Below, piece after piece: positions 12,415-25,779 of a stretch of 64,000 nucleotides of DNA. Location of the stretch: NCBI GenBank assembly GCA_951406725.2, contig OX597830.1, positions 71,796,001 to 71,860,000 on the forward strand, given 5' to 3'. The notes under the pieces were generated by a model. The model was not told the DNA's origin, did not search any database, and saw only the letters and a program-made list of their open reading frames with translations. The stretch's first letter is position 1, and the number at the start of each line of letters is the position of its first letter. The position numbers and the translations under genes are program-made. The DNA is from Octopus vulgaris. Lineage: Eukaryota.

Positions 12415-12679
12415 TATATACTATTCTTTGTATTCTGTTCGATACATTTTCCTTATGGAAATTAGATTAGTAACATATAGGAAACTTTGGGAAAAACTTT
12501 GTCTCTAAAAACAAATTAATATTTACTGCATCGTGAGAAAAAATACGAAATAAAAACTTCTTTCATCAGGGATAATGCACGGTGATTTGGTGCAGCACTA
12601 GTCATTTTAACTATCAACTTCGGATATCAATGGGATCGACTATATATACAATATATATCAACGGGATCGATTATATATA

Positions 12680-13105
12680 CGATAATCAATCTCTATATCG
12701 CCGCCTCCTAAGTTTATCGCGGGTTTCTTCGACCGATATTTATTTATATTTTTTTCAGATTTTAATTATTTCTGTGGTAAAATAAGAACTTTCACCCCTA
12801 AAAATTGATAATTTAATAAATAACAATACAGTACGGTATTGCACTGTATAACACATGAGCCAAATATATATTAGAAGAAAATACATACTGTACCGTAGAT
12901 GAGTAAACAAAGAATCGCACATACTGTATGGAAAACGAAACTCGGGAGGCGAGTGTGTGGTGTTGTTTTGCATTTATAATAAAATAAATATATACAAATT
13001 ATAAAAATAATTTTTAAAAAAATACAGTACAATACTGTTTCTACTTTGCGGATTTCACCTATCGTGGTGTTTGGAAACGTAACACCCGCGATAGTCGAGA
13101 GATTA

Positions 13106-13108
<3 letters not shown>
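12680..13108. mobile_element. pogo/Tigger-like MITE, left end degenerate
   Basis: Right end CCGCGATAGTCGAGAGATTACTG|TA; atcgcggg motifs at left. Confidence 0.55.
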
Positions 13109-13145
<37 letters not shown>

Positions 13146-13148
<3 letters not shown>

Positions 13149-13323
13149 AGATCGTTAGCCACTACACACATTTTTTCTCTCCTTGTTTTTTTTCTGTGTA
13201 CCTTTCTGAAGAAGAGCGTAGGCTCGAAACGTAAAATACTTTTTCTATTCCTGGGCGTTATACTAATACATCTGTTTGTTTTGTACACCACCTGTCTTCG
13301 TCTTTTGTTTTTTCGTAAACTCT

Positions 13324-13326
<3 letters not shown>
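13146..13326 (+). mobile_element. Hammerhead-bearing (TA)n-embedded element, family H1
   Basis: CTGAAGA-A-GAGC-GTAG-GCTC-GAAA-CGTA at 13206-13233; TA arrays on both sides; paralog at 52389-52560. Confidence 0.75.
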
Positions 13327-13358
<32 letters not shown>

Positions 13359-13359
<1 letters not shown>

Positions 13360-14258
13360 TAGCTAAGGTACCAGGTAATACCCAAGATGGGGATATTCCC
13401 AGTACCCATTACAATGCCTTATTTCTCTCAGACGAAAAAGGAAATCAAGACATAGGACAAATAATAGAAACTATCATACAAATAAATTCGTGTGGAATCG
13501 GGAAATGACAATCGTTTGGTCAGATGAGTGAAAAGCTGTAAATATATAATCAGTGGAAATATCAAGAAGAGAACTTTAAAGGAGTGCTATGAAAACAAGA
13601 ACAAAAAAGTTAGAAAAGTAAACAAAAACTTATTTAGAGAAAAGACGCTTAATTTAACGACTGTGTTTCATGGGTATAGTTCCACTGATCGTGAGAATCA
13701 AATATCGATTGCAACGGTTAGAAGCAACAATTTTAAGTGCAGGTGTTAAGAAATTACAAGTTATATGTTTTAGAACACAAGGTTGCAACGTTTAGAATCG
13801 ATAATTTTACGTGCAGGTGTTAAGAAAATACATGTTACAGCAGACTGAGAATGTTAAAATAATTTATGAACATTTCAACCCCGCAACACTTTAGGCGAAA
13901 TTTCGTTAATCAGTAAATCAAAAATCATCTTACGCTTTGCCTGAGTGGCCTAGGTAAAATATATATTTGTCTCAACCCATTCTTACCGCATATTCCATCT
14001 GTGTATGAAATTTCAAGAAAATCGGTTGAAAAGTTTAAAGGTTAAGGCGGAAAATAATATTCATGTGAAAATTTGCATTGAAATGTCCTACTGATTTTTG
14101 AAAAATCGATGCTGATTAAAAATTATCGATTTTTAAAAAATTCCAAGGGCGTAAATCAGTTGAAATTCCAAGTGTGTAAATCTGTTGGATAGTCTCGGAA
14201 GAGTTAAAGTAACAAATTCACAAACACGCACACAGAGATAAACAGACAGAAATTGGCA

Positions 14259-14265
<7 letters not shown>
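13359..14265 (-). mobile_element. Probable non-autonomous Helitron
   Basis: Minus-strand end GGGTATTACCTGGTACCTTAGCTAG|T at 13359; 5' part tatatgaatgccaatttctgtctgt like other Helitron heads; internal ~75-bp tandem duplication at 13708-13840. Confidence 0.55.
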
Positions 14266-14317
<52 letters not shown>

Positions 14318-15471
14318 GAAAGAATGGATGCTGGCATAAGTTCCTTGTTTTTTCTGATATATATATTCCTTCGAAATATATATAAACATATGTCGAGAAT
14401 AATTCGTCGTTCAACTCCATATTATTTGTATTTAAAAAACACAAATTTCCACACGAAAGCACGTGATCTCTGCCCTTGGCATGTAGTTTCAACCGTGTTT
14501 TTCTGACGTATATATCGGTTAATCGAATTATCCATAATAAGATAATTCATTCAACTACTCTTATATATATATATATATATATACATAAAAGGCAATTTCT
14601 CTCTGTTTGTGGCTGTGTGTGTGTGCTTGTGAATTTGTTACATTATACTTACAAATACACCCACACAGAGTTCCATGCACGTACGTATAATATTTATCAA
14701 TACCAGGTATTCTAATTTAGTTTACTGTAGATCACGCATATCACAGAATCCTATCTATATTTAAGTTCATATGAACTGACTTATATTGCTTCCTTCAGAA
14801 TTTTTCCTGAACTCATCTAATTAATTATAAGCCGCTAGATACTATTTGCCCATGTGCTAAACATTATATATACCCTGAAGACAAGTGTCAAACATTAATA
14901 AAGATGAAAGATAACCAAGGCTAATGAGTCATGTTTTATTCGACACCTCATGAATACGAAGCCTTAGATAACTTAATTTCGTTTGGTATCAAAAAATAAA
15001 GAAGAAATCTACTGAACCTACACCGGAACAGGTAAACACTTAGAGTACAAAAAGCGGAAGAGAATTACGATGATCTCATTGAGATGATGCGGTTTAGATA
15101 ATCTGTAAGGTAATTATTTCTATTACAGGTACAAGGCTTTAAATATGTAGGGAGGGATTAGTTCATTACATAGAGCAAAGCGCTCATCTGGTATTTATTG
15201 TAATCGACCCTGAAATGATGAGAAGTAAATTCTTTCACGGAATTTGAACTCAGAACGCGGAGACAGGAAAAAAATAGTGTTAAGCATTTTATCCAGGGGG
15301 CCACATCGTCGCTTCATAACCCGGTAAATAATATTCGACAAAAAAAAAAGACTAAATCAATGTACATGCTTAGGACCTTCTAATTTTCATCACAATAACA
15401 GTTTGATGATATCGTGCCTAATATCTACATCTGGATATCTACACTGAAGTGAGATTGTGTTTAAAGGCATT

Positions 15472-15684
15472 CTTTTATTCTTTTACTTGTCTCAGTCATT
15501 TGAATGCGGCCATGCTGGAACATCGCTTTTAGTCGAGCAAATCGATCTCAGGACTTATTTTTTGTAAGCCTAATACTTATTCAATCGGTCTCTTTTGCTG
15601 AAACGATAAGTTAACACACCAGCAACGGTTTTCGAGTGATGTTGGGGGATGCAAACATATACACACCTACATACATACACACAT

Positions 15685-15750
<66 letters not shown>

Positions 15751-15861
15751 CGACGGGCTTCACAAGTCTTTTGTTGACCTGAGGCTAAAGTAAAAGACAC
15801 GCAGTGGGACTGAAACCGGGACCATGTAGTTGGTAAGCAATCTACTTACCATACAGCCATG
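15472..15861 (-). mobile_element. SINE family A
   Basis: Reverse-complement match including internal TA array. Confidence 0.85.
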
Positions 15862-16631
15862 TTGATTTTTCCTTAAAAATAAAATATTTAAACCAGAAAT
15901 ATTACTTATATTTTAAACACGTTTGGTTTTAGGTTGAGAACAATTCCGTAACAGCGAGGGCAAGCGCCTTCCTCTATAGTTCCAGATTGACCAAAGCGTT
16001 ATGAGTAAATTTATTGAATAGAAACTGACAGAAACCGGTCGTGTGTGTGTGCGTGCGTGTTTCTTTGTAAATTCGTTGTTTATCCCCAACCACTGCTTTA
16101 CAACCTGCGCTGTTTAGTGGACGTTCCCTTTACATTGCGGCCCGACGAAACAAGACCGTTACAATATAAACACTGGCATCGATTTGTTCGACCACAATCT
16201 TGAAGGCGGTACCCTAGCATAGCCGCAGCTCAATGCCCGAAATGAGTAAAAGACAATAGAGGTAAAGCCTTCGAACAAATGCGTGTAGAGTTGCGTAAAT
16301 ACGTGTATAAATAATTCTGCATGAATATGCGAAATGTTTGAATATTTTATTTAGTTAGTTATTGCTTGTTACAAGCTCAGCGCTTCTTTTTATGTACGAA
16401 CAATTACTTCCTCTTTGCGTTATATTATAAAACTCTCTTGTTGAGAATTTATGAGTTTATAAGTAGATGTGAGCCAACCATACTAATGTGCTGAATCTAC
16501 CTACTTACTAGTCGAGTAAGGAAAAAACTAATTCTGAAACCTCTTTGTATAATTTCGTATTAGATATTATTTTGTTATCTTCGTGAGCATCGACGCGCTC
16601 CTATCATCCCTTCGTTTTTATCTAAATACTT

Positions 16632-16671
<40 letters not shown>

Positions 16672-17273
16672 CAGCAGCAGCAGCAACAGCAGCAATGCTC
16701 GTTTCTAATCTATAATATAAATTGGACATGGGCGATCTTGTCTTGAGGTTCACAGCCAAACGGCTGGGTGGATTCTTGTGAAAAATGGCACACATGTGGA
16801 AATGGGTGGATAGATTGAAATGCAGTTTGTATTTTTTATCCTAACCCCGAGAAAATCGATTAAAACTTTTTCTAATGGAATTTCCCTCTTTCTTCTGCCA
16901 TTAAAACGACCAGTTGCTTTGAAGCTGTTTTCTGACGGGGTGGGTCAGGAAATTTTCCTATAGATGGAAGCTTCAATCGAAACAGGGGACCCGAAATGAT
17001 AAGGCTGACAAACGGTGTTATAGATTATGCCTTACCGAAAATGTTTACAGCCACATCATCCAAACAGACTGGATGAAACCGGGCTTAGCTGCTAGTTTAA
17101 GTATAAAGCGTGTAATTTTAAGGGGAGGAGGTTAATTAATACAGTCGACCCAATTTCGAGATTATTACGTTATTTGATCGAACCTGAAAAGATGGAAAGC
17201 AAATTTAATCTCGGCTGGATTTGAAACCAAATTTGGAACGATGCAGTATTGCATTTTGCCTGACACTCTAACT

Positions 17274-18100
17274 CAGTCATGGGCAACCTGCGGCCCGCGA
17301 AGCTTTCTGAATGGCTCGCTTAACTCAGAAAAGAAAAATATTCGCCGTCGTCAGACCGCCGTGTAATCTTCAACGTGCCTCACAGTCGATCTACAACAAT
17401 TCAAACATTCAAGAGCGATACAATTGGCATCTCTACTCGGGACACTAACTCAACAAAAGAAAAGTATTGATTTAACGTTCAATTTCTGATTCCACTGCTT
17501 ATAATGACTTGTGATAATTCAGTGCCTGAAAACACACGTGATATTCGTGTAACATTGTCAAACAAAGTTAATGGAATTTTCAAAGTATAAGTGTGCAAAG
17601 TGCTGTATTTTTTAAAAAGTTTAATCTTTGGTGTCAAAGCTAATGGCTTCACCCCCGCTTAAAAAAAAATATAAAAAAATAATAATAAAAGATTTCTGAA
17701 GAAATAAGAAAATTCCGGGTAAAGTGGAAAAGTTATTATCTATTTGTTGAAGTAAAAAAATAAACCAATGTGTTTAATACGTTTTGAATGTGTCTCCGCT
17801 TTTAAAGAATTTAATATTAAGCGGCCTTTCACACCAAAACATGCGGGATACAATGAATTTAAAGGAGACATTAGACAGCAAAAAATTCGATCTCTCAAGA
17901 AATAGATCGGCGGTCAAAATACGCTCTTTTCCAAAAAGCAAACCAGACTAAAAGAAATCGAACATGTTAAGCTATACTGTTACTGGAGAAGTGGCAAAAC
18001 ACTAAAAAATTATTCTGACGGTGAATTTGCAAAAAAATGTCTTTTGTCAGTGGCTGAATATATGGAAACACCTTGAATGAAAGTTTCATTATCTTAATAG
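17274..18100 (+). mobile_element. hAT-Charlie/SPIN-like transposon, left end and transposase N-terminal pseudogene
   Basis: TIR-like CAGTCATGGGCAACCTGCGGCCCGCG; ~17720-18062 translates KWKSYYLFVEV..KPMCLIRFECVSAFKEFNIKRPFTPKH...YSDGEFAKKCLLSVAE with stops and frameshifts. Confidence 0.8.
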
Positions 18101-19011
18101 TGAATTGGTCCAGGTTTGGCATCAGCCACTCACACCTTTAAAACACCGCGGTATTGACTCGTACAGGTTTGGGGATTTTTGAGCCAGTCATCATGTCGAA
18201 TCTGTTTTAGATCTTTCGGTGACTGTAGCGCTGAGAAACAGATCAGCAAATGCTGCGCTAATATGTGGCATACTTATATTGACAACAGGTGATTGCGGAG
18301 TTCAATCCAAATATTTATACTTCAATTTTGTGCTCTTAGTACTAATTGTGAACGATAGCAGTCGTGTGAATCAGCACGTTATTGTGCATAGCGCTTCTAT
18401 GAGACAACTATGTTTATATCTTAGGATGGATATGATCAGCTAAAATACTCAGATAAGCATTGGCGCAAACTCTACCATCTCGAACAACTAAAAGTTTTAG
18501 AGAAATCTGTGATATAACTACCAAATTCATGACAAGAGCGAGTTCACACCTCACGGTCAAGGCAAAGCAGCCAATGCTGAAAATGTATTTGTACTGTCTC
18601 CAAACATAAACTCAATCCGAAATGGGGAGGGGAAGGGGGCTGAATAAAAATTCAGTTGAGAAGACGATACCTTCCGTTGAGCTACTGACCACTTCCGCTA
18701 ATCAATGTTGATGGAGAACAAGAGAGATTGAGATAATGCTGGCTTTCCATGGTATCCAAGGCAGATAGAGGTCATGACGAACGATTTTGTTTGACACAAG
18801 GTTGGTAAGGTTGTTTGTTTAGCAGCCATTTTTGCTGTTATAGTTCGATGATGTTTAGATGGATTACGTTTCACTATTCTGCGGTCCTTCTCTCTGACTT
18901 TTATCTTCTGTTCAGAATTATATTTGTCAGAGATGGTCTTTATATTGGTTTTCTAATGCCAACATATTTTAGAGACTGTGACTCTCGAAACATAAAATAA
19001 AATTCAATAGT

Positions 19012-19177
19012 AGGTACAGGAGTGGCTGTGTAGTAAGTAGCTTGCTTACCAACACATGGTTCCGGGTTCAGTCCCACTGCGTGGCACCTTGGGCAAGTGT
19101 CTTCTACTATAGCCTCGTGTCGACCAAAGCCTTGTGAGTGGATTTGGTACACGGAAACTGAAAAGAAGCCCGTAGTA

Positions 19178-19209
<32 letters not shown>

Positions 19210-19440
19210 AATATATGTGTGTGTGTGTGTGCGTGTTTGTCCCCCCAACATCACTTGATATCCGATGCTGGTGTGTTTACGTCCCCGTAACTTAGCGGTT
19301 CGGCAAAAGAGACCGATAAAATAAGTACTAGGTTTACAAAAGAATAAGCCCTGAGGGCGATTTGCTCGACTAAAGGCGGTGCTCTAGCATGGCCGCAGTC
19401 AAATGACTGAAAAAAGTAAAAGAGAAATGAGAAATGAGAG
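19012..19440 (+). mobile_element. SINE family A, full length
   Basis: Close match to 2636-3064. Confidence 0.9.
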
Positions 19441-19618
19441 TTTTCCAAGCCTAAGTTCTAGCCTTTTGCAGTTCAACAATCTTTCGCCATTGGAAATAAG
19501 ATAGGGCACGCATTTTACTTAAATATAAGGAAAATTGAAAGATATGCAGAGGGTTATATCGGGAGATAGTTGGAATAATTAATGCATATGATGACATACG
19601 TAGAGAATGGAAAATTTA

Positions 19619-20160
19619 TTGGTTTGTCCGGAAAGTTCGTGCCGATTTATAGTAGCTTACCTTTCGACTTATTTTAGAACATGGTTGAGTCCATAAAATA
19701 GGATTTTACTACAACTCCATTCATAGCACAGTTTAAGGTAACTTTTCGCGGAAGAAGATTCATGTTCCTATAACCTGTGTTAATTCTGTAACCCTTTAAA
19801 ATGGAAGACAAGAAAGTTCATTTTCGCCACTTGATGCTTTGGTAACCAGACAAAAATTGCTGCAACCCACTCTCCATATTCACCAGTTATTGCTCCTTCG
19901 GATTTCCACTTATTCAGGTCTCTGCAGAATAGTAAAAATGGTAAAAATTTGCAGAATGGTAAAAATTTGAATTCCTTGGATGACGCAAAAGATACTTTAA
20001 TGAACTCTTTGCCATGAAACCACCTCAATTCTGGGAAGAGAGTATTTTCAAGTTAAAGGAAAGATGGAGACGCATTGTGCAACAAAATGGTTCATATTTG
20101 GTTGATTAAAAATGTAATGGTAAGTTATTTATGGATCTTTTTTCTTTCCGGTAAACCCAA
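19619..20160 (+). mobile_element. Internally deleted mariner (copy 1)
   Basis: TA|TTGGTTTGTCCGGAAAGTTCGTGCCGATTT ... CTTTCCGGTAAACCCAA|TA; homologous to 21556-22121. Confidence 0.85.
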
Positions 20161-20651
20161 TATCGTATTGACAATTTGGCACAAAGCAATAGTGCTGAGC
20201 ATATACCTAAAAGCAAAGTCTACCTCAGCGGAATTTGCACTCAGTTTGTTAAGAGTAGAAAAAGACCCACTAAGCATTATGTCCGACCCACTAACGATTA
20301 TGCTAGCTCTCTACTTTCATAATAATAATTACTATAGCAATTTACATACTTCATCTTTGTTAATGCCACTTTCCTTCCTGTTTCAAGATAGGAGATGATA
20401 TGTATAATGACGTCAGCAATATCTGAATATACTTAATAAAGGTGAACATGCTCCACCTTTAGAATTCCTTGTGTATTTTTGGTTTTATCATTTTGTTTGT
20501 TTTTTAGTTTTGCTGTTGCCTTCATTCAGATATATATATACTTTTAGCTGCGTACGTGACTGCCATCACAACACCTTACCTGAACGTGTTTTTTGTGAAT
20601 GAGTGTATGAATGAGTGTCCATGTGAGCAAGTGTCTGTTTCTCACGATCTC

Positions 20652-20653
<2 letters not shown>

Positions 20654-20723
<70 letters not shown>

Positions 20724-20760
20724 GTTATCATTATTATTATTATTATTGTTATTTTTATTG

Positions 20761-20833
<73 letters not shown>

Positions 20834-20843
20834 CATCATCATC
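20654..20843. repeat. (ATT)n microsatellite
   Basis: Directly visible. Confidence 0.95.
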
Positions 20844-21555
20844 ACTTACTCGAGCTCATAATGTCGGTTACACGATTTCTGTGGAATATAAGTAGTCGAA
20901 ACCACAACACTCCCCCTGAAAGGGTCGTGGGTCCGTCGCAGGTTTCAAGGTCTCCACTTTTGAATTGAGAGAACAAATCGATTATATCGACCCTAGTACT
21001 TCTCTACTACTTTGTTTTATCGATCCCGAAATAACGAAAGGCGAATTTAACCTCGGTGAAATCTGAATTCTGAACAAAAAGAGCCGGAAGAAAAGCAACT
21101 AAGCATTTTGTCCGACCTATATACGATTCTGGCTGCAGGATGTCTCTCAGAATCTCACTTAATATAAATTTGGTGGCAGTTTCGTGCTGTCTTAGAAAAT
21201 TTTTTGCTTTCTAAAACATTTGCATATTTTATGGCATGGGAATAGACGATGAAATTAATTGCATTTTAGGGATTAAACTATCAGATTAAACTGGTTGTTT
21301 AATTTATTAACCCCGGAAAGATGAAATACGAGATTGAACAAAGAAAGTAAAAGAATACATCAGCCATTTTGTTCGGCGCTCCACCGGTTTTGCCATCACA
21401 CGCTCTTGTTGATGACATTGATATCTTATACAAGCACATAGGTTCAAAATTTGTATAAAGAAATAGTCGATTATATTGAACCAGTGATTGATTGGTACTT
21501 CATTTCATCAGTGTTTGGAAGAATGAAATACAAAGATGGCATCGTATGATTTATA

Positions 21556-22121
21556 TAGGGTTGTCCGGAAAGTTCGTGCCGATTTATAGTAGCTTACATG
21601 TCGACTTATTTTAGAACATGGTTGAGTCCATGAAATAGGATTTTACTACACCTCCATTTAGAGCACAGTTTAAGCTATCTTTTCGTGGAAGAATGCTTAT
21701 GTTCCTGTAACCTGTGTCAATTCTGTAACCCTTTAAGATGGAAGATGAGAAAGTTCATTTTCGGCACTTGATGCTTTGGGAACCAGACAAAAATTGCTGT
21801 AGCTTGGCTGGGATGTGTTACCCTACCCTCCATATTCACTAGATATTGCTCCTTCGGATTTCCACTTATTCAGGTCTCTGCAGAATAGTCTTAATGGTAA
21901 AAATTTCAATTCCTTGGATGGCGTAAAAAGATACCTTGATGAATACTTTGCCATGAAAACCCATCAATTGTGGGAAGAGGGTATTTTCAAGTTAAAGGAA
22001 AGATGGAGACGCATTGTGCAACAAAATGGCTCATATTTGGTTGATTAAAAATGTAATGGCAAGTATTTATTGACCTTTTTCTTTCCTTCAAAAATCGGCA
22101 CGAACTTTCCGTACAACCCAA
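21556..22121 (+). mobile_element. Internally deleted mariner (mellifera-like), intact TIRs and TA TSD
   Basis: 30-bp TIRs; MEDEKVHFRHLMLW (21738) joined to TRQKLL*LGWDVLPYPPYSLDIAPSDFHLF...ERWRRIVQQNGSYLVD. Confidence 0.92.
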
Positions 22122-22841
22122 TACTTAGAACGTAAGTACGCAATGCAGTTTGATTGATCGTAGAATCCTTTGATTCCGGCATAGTAATAAATGAAAACAT
22201 ATATACTGAAGGAAGGTGTACTAGATGTAATGCAACGCAGGATGGAAAAAACATAAAAATAGTACATAGTATATTTGCTTAATCATTTGGTGAGCAGAAT
22301 GGTGCGATGGAAGTACACTGATCTCGTTACGCAGAGGTACCCTGATGGGATCCCTATGCTCTTTTCGGGTAGGTACAAATTCAATTATGCAATACAGCTT
22401 TGATTCTTAGTATTTAGGATTAACAATATATAATTATATTAACAATACCCTTATTATACATTTTGGCACGAGTTCATATACTTTCAAATGAAATGTTGTG
22501 TAGTTATTTGAAACTGGTATTTGAATGTAGACCTTGTTATTTTTTGGGAAGTGGAATGCAAAATATAATGGTGTGTAAATTAATATGGTATGGTATTTTC
22601 TCCGCCACTCAAGCAATTTCACCATTCAGTAGTTATTGCGATAATAATGTTAATTGTTTCTGATTGAGGCCCAAAGTCAACAATTTTGAGGTGGGTGGAT
22701 TAATTAATATGACCGACCCAGTGCTTGACTGGCACTTTGTTTCATTGGGGTTTGAGCTTAAAATATAACTCGTTGGAACAAAAACAGAAAGCATATTTTT
22801 CGAAGCTCTAATCTGCGACCTCGACATTTTTTATAATAAAA

Positions 22842-22893
22842 CTAGCAGTATCACCCGGCGTTCCTCGGGTTTGTTTCGACCTTTTAGAATTGG
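22842..22893 (-). mobile_element. Duplicate Helitron 3' terminus
   Basis: Near-identical to 23015-23066 (ctagcagtatcacccggcgtt...tagaattgg). Confidence 0.8.
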
Positions 22894-23563
22894 TGTCTGT
22901 GTCTTTGTTCGTCCCCCATCACCGCTTGACAACCGATGCTGGTGTGTTTACGTCCCCGTATATTATCGGTTCGACAAAAGAGTCAGAGAGAATAAATACT
23001 TGGCTTATAAAGAACTAGCAGTATCACCCGGCGTTGCTCGGGTTTGTTTCGACCCTTTAGAATTGGAAGTTATGAAAAGTAAAAAGTTTGCATTATGTAG
23101 CTTGTTATTCTCTTTAAGTGAACATTTTTATGGTTGAAATACACCGAAAAATGGCGACACAACAGTCAAAAAATCGTAAAAAATAGGGATTTTCATAGAA
23201 AAAAAGCACCTTTTTGATGTAAATAATTTTTGGTGTTAACATGGTCCAATTTGAAATTTTTCTTCTAGGGAATGAAGAGCAAGCCTTCTATCATACTCTC
23301 AATTTTGGTCAACTTGCGCCGCAGGGTCTCGGAGGAGATAGTGTTAGTTGAAGGCTACCAAACCTGCCATGCACAGACAACTTCAGCTTTATATATAGAG
23401 AGATTAATAGTTACTTGGCGGTTCGGCAAAAGAGACCGATAGAATAAAGTACTGGGCTTACAAAGAATAAGTCCCGGGGTCGATTTGCTCGACTAAAGGC
23501 GGTGCTCCAGCATGGCCGCAGTCAAATGACTGAAGCAAGTAAAAGAGAGAAAAGAGAAAGAGA
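22894..23563 (+). mobile_element. SINE family A 3' fragments (22894-23014, 23410-23563) interrupted by a Helitron
   Basis: Family A sequence on both sides; the Helitron sits at aagaa|t. Confidence 0.8.
23015..23403 (-). mobile_element. Non-autonomous Helitron
   Basis: Minus strand A|TCTCTCTATATATAAAG ... CCCGAGCAACGCCGGGTGATACTGCTAG|T. Confidence 0.85.
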
Positions 23564-24394
23564 GTTATTTCTAAAGTAGACTGGGAGCCAGAAATACTGA
23601 TGGCGGAGGTCACCATTAAGATAAAAAAAATACATCATTGAGATACAAAGGAGGTTATCATTGAGACACAAAGTTGGTCAATGGGTAATTTGTATACAGA
23701 ATGTAGAACAAGTCTACGTACTGTATACCATTTTGGCTAGGGGTTTACCATTCATCAACTTCTAGTACATCATTCCTTTAATGGCCACTTGCATTTGTTC
23801 CCGAGGCTTAATACAGACGTCTTGCCAAGAAGTGGGTACAACCGGGTTATATCCAAAGTCTTTTTCAATGAAGGACACATTTGATTATGTGGTCCTAGGT
23901 ACACAGTTACCGAATAAAAAGTGGGCTTATCATGCCTGAAACATATTTCCTCCTGAGCCTTTTGAAACATGGCTGATCTAAGCTTAAAGGCAACGGGAGT
24001 ATTTGGAAATAATTTCTTTTTACTTCTTTATTGGCACATAGCCGTGAGGATATAACTTTTATCCACAAATTTTGCGGGTGCCGCGATATACGAAGTTATC
24101 AGTCTTATCGTTAAAGACACAAAACTGAGCGTTAGTAGTTTTGATCGATAACTGATGAAGAATTAGGGTCCTACTATGTCTGTCATAGGTGTACGTTTTG
24201 TAGTATTTAATGCTCTTTTCATTTATTGAAAACTGAAAGACACGCATCCCAACTTTTATATATATATGGATCTAGATTGCAAGGTAATATATCAAATATG
24301 ACTTATTCAAATATGGGTCCTCAAGTTCATGTGTATTAAGAGTTGTGAGCGACATTTATTTATCAAGTTATGTATGATCTGGATTGATATATGT

Positions 24395-24830
24395 GAGTGT
24401 TTATTTAGCTGCGTGTAGGAATCTGGGTAATTGTTTAGTGAATTTATTTATTATGCGCTCCTTCTTTAGCATTATCGAGAGTGACTCCTCGGAACATAAT
24501 TGACATTTGCGGGATATAGAGTTGTAGGGACTCGCGTGTCTAAATATGTACCATGTAAGGTCGTATTTTGTCTTTGCTTCCTTAAGCCTCCAGATAAAAT
24601 TGGCCAGTGATGTTACATGTTGTTTAAGGATATTTCGGAAGCTGGCGATATGGTTGCGGAATCGATTTTTGATAAAATTGGCTGATGCCCCACTTATATA
24701 CGTAGGAATCTCCTCTAGTGTTTATAGTGCACTTGTATACCACGTTCTTAGTCATGCATTGGTTATCCAAAGGGTAACTGAATCTATCTCTGCATGAGCA
24801 TAACTTTTTGATTTTGTTGGCTTGTGTACA
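24395..24830 (-). pseudogene. Penelope-like (Neptune-type) GIY-YIG endonuclease remnant
   Basis: CSCRDRFSYPLDNQCMTKNVVYKCTI...(frameshift)...IKNRFRNHIASFRN...TSLANFIWRLKE...TWYIF...YNSISRKCQLCSEE; may extend to ~25130. Confidence 0.8.
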
Positions 24831-25206
24831 TCGAGCGTTGGGAGGATTGGTTCTGTTCTGTATTTTGGTTGTGAGTATTATCGTTTTTATTATCACTAGG
24901 TGTTCTCAGTTTATCGTTTGAATTGTTGCTGTGTTTTGGGTGGTTATCATGGATAATTTAATTATTGCTCTGTTGGTTGGTAGTATAATTCGAGTTATAA
25001 ACGTCGTTTTTGGTTGGTCATATGAGTTATGGTTGATGTCTACAAAATTACTTTGAGTGCTGACTAATTTTTGCCTCACTTTACACCAACGAAATTCCTG
25101 CAATAAATCTTCGGATAACAACAGGTAATCGAAAATGTGCCGGTGCTTTACTCATCACCTATTTATACATTTTGTATAATTTCCCCATTATATATGTATA
25201 TATATG

Positions 25207-25305
<99 letters not shown>

Positions 25306-25779
25306 CTTTGTGTTTTTTCCCACAACACTTGAAAACTGGTGTTGTTTTATTTCACGTCCTCCTAAAATGCAGTTCAACAAAAGAGAACGATAGAATATGT
25401 ACAAGACAGGACTCAAAAGCAATAATAAGTTATGGGGACAAATTGCAGTCCGCTATTTAAGGGCTAGCAAGTAAAATAATAAAGCATCAGTAGAATCTGA
25501 AAGCACAGGTACTTTAATTGCAAAATGTAGAGGGACTTAATACATCCGGATCTACCTACCGTTGCACTATTCTACTAATCTTAATAACAGTAATATCACA
25601 GATAGACATCTGTAAGCTGCAATATATTTTGATATCTAGCGAATAAAATTAATTTAAGTCATCAAAAAACAATTTATCTAATGTAAGCAAATGACGCTAT
25701 TTTTGTCTTATGTTCTTTGATTAATCTTTTTTCAATACAATCACATTATACAACGTAGATTTAATCTATTTATCACCTC

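Noticed and set aside
23770-24000. AMFQKAQ...KPTF resemblance to a Helitron helicase C-terminus
   Set aside because: Needs several indels and no matching 3' terminus was found
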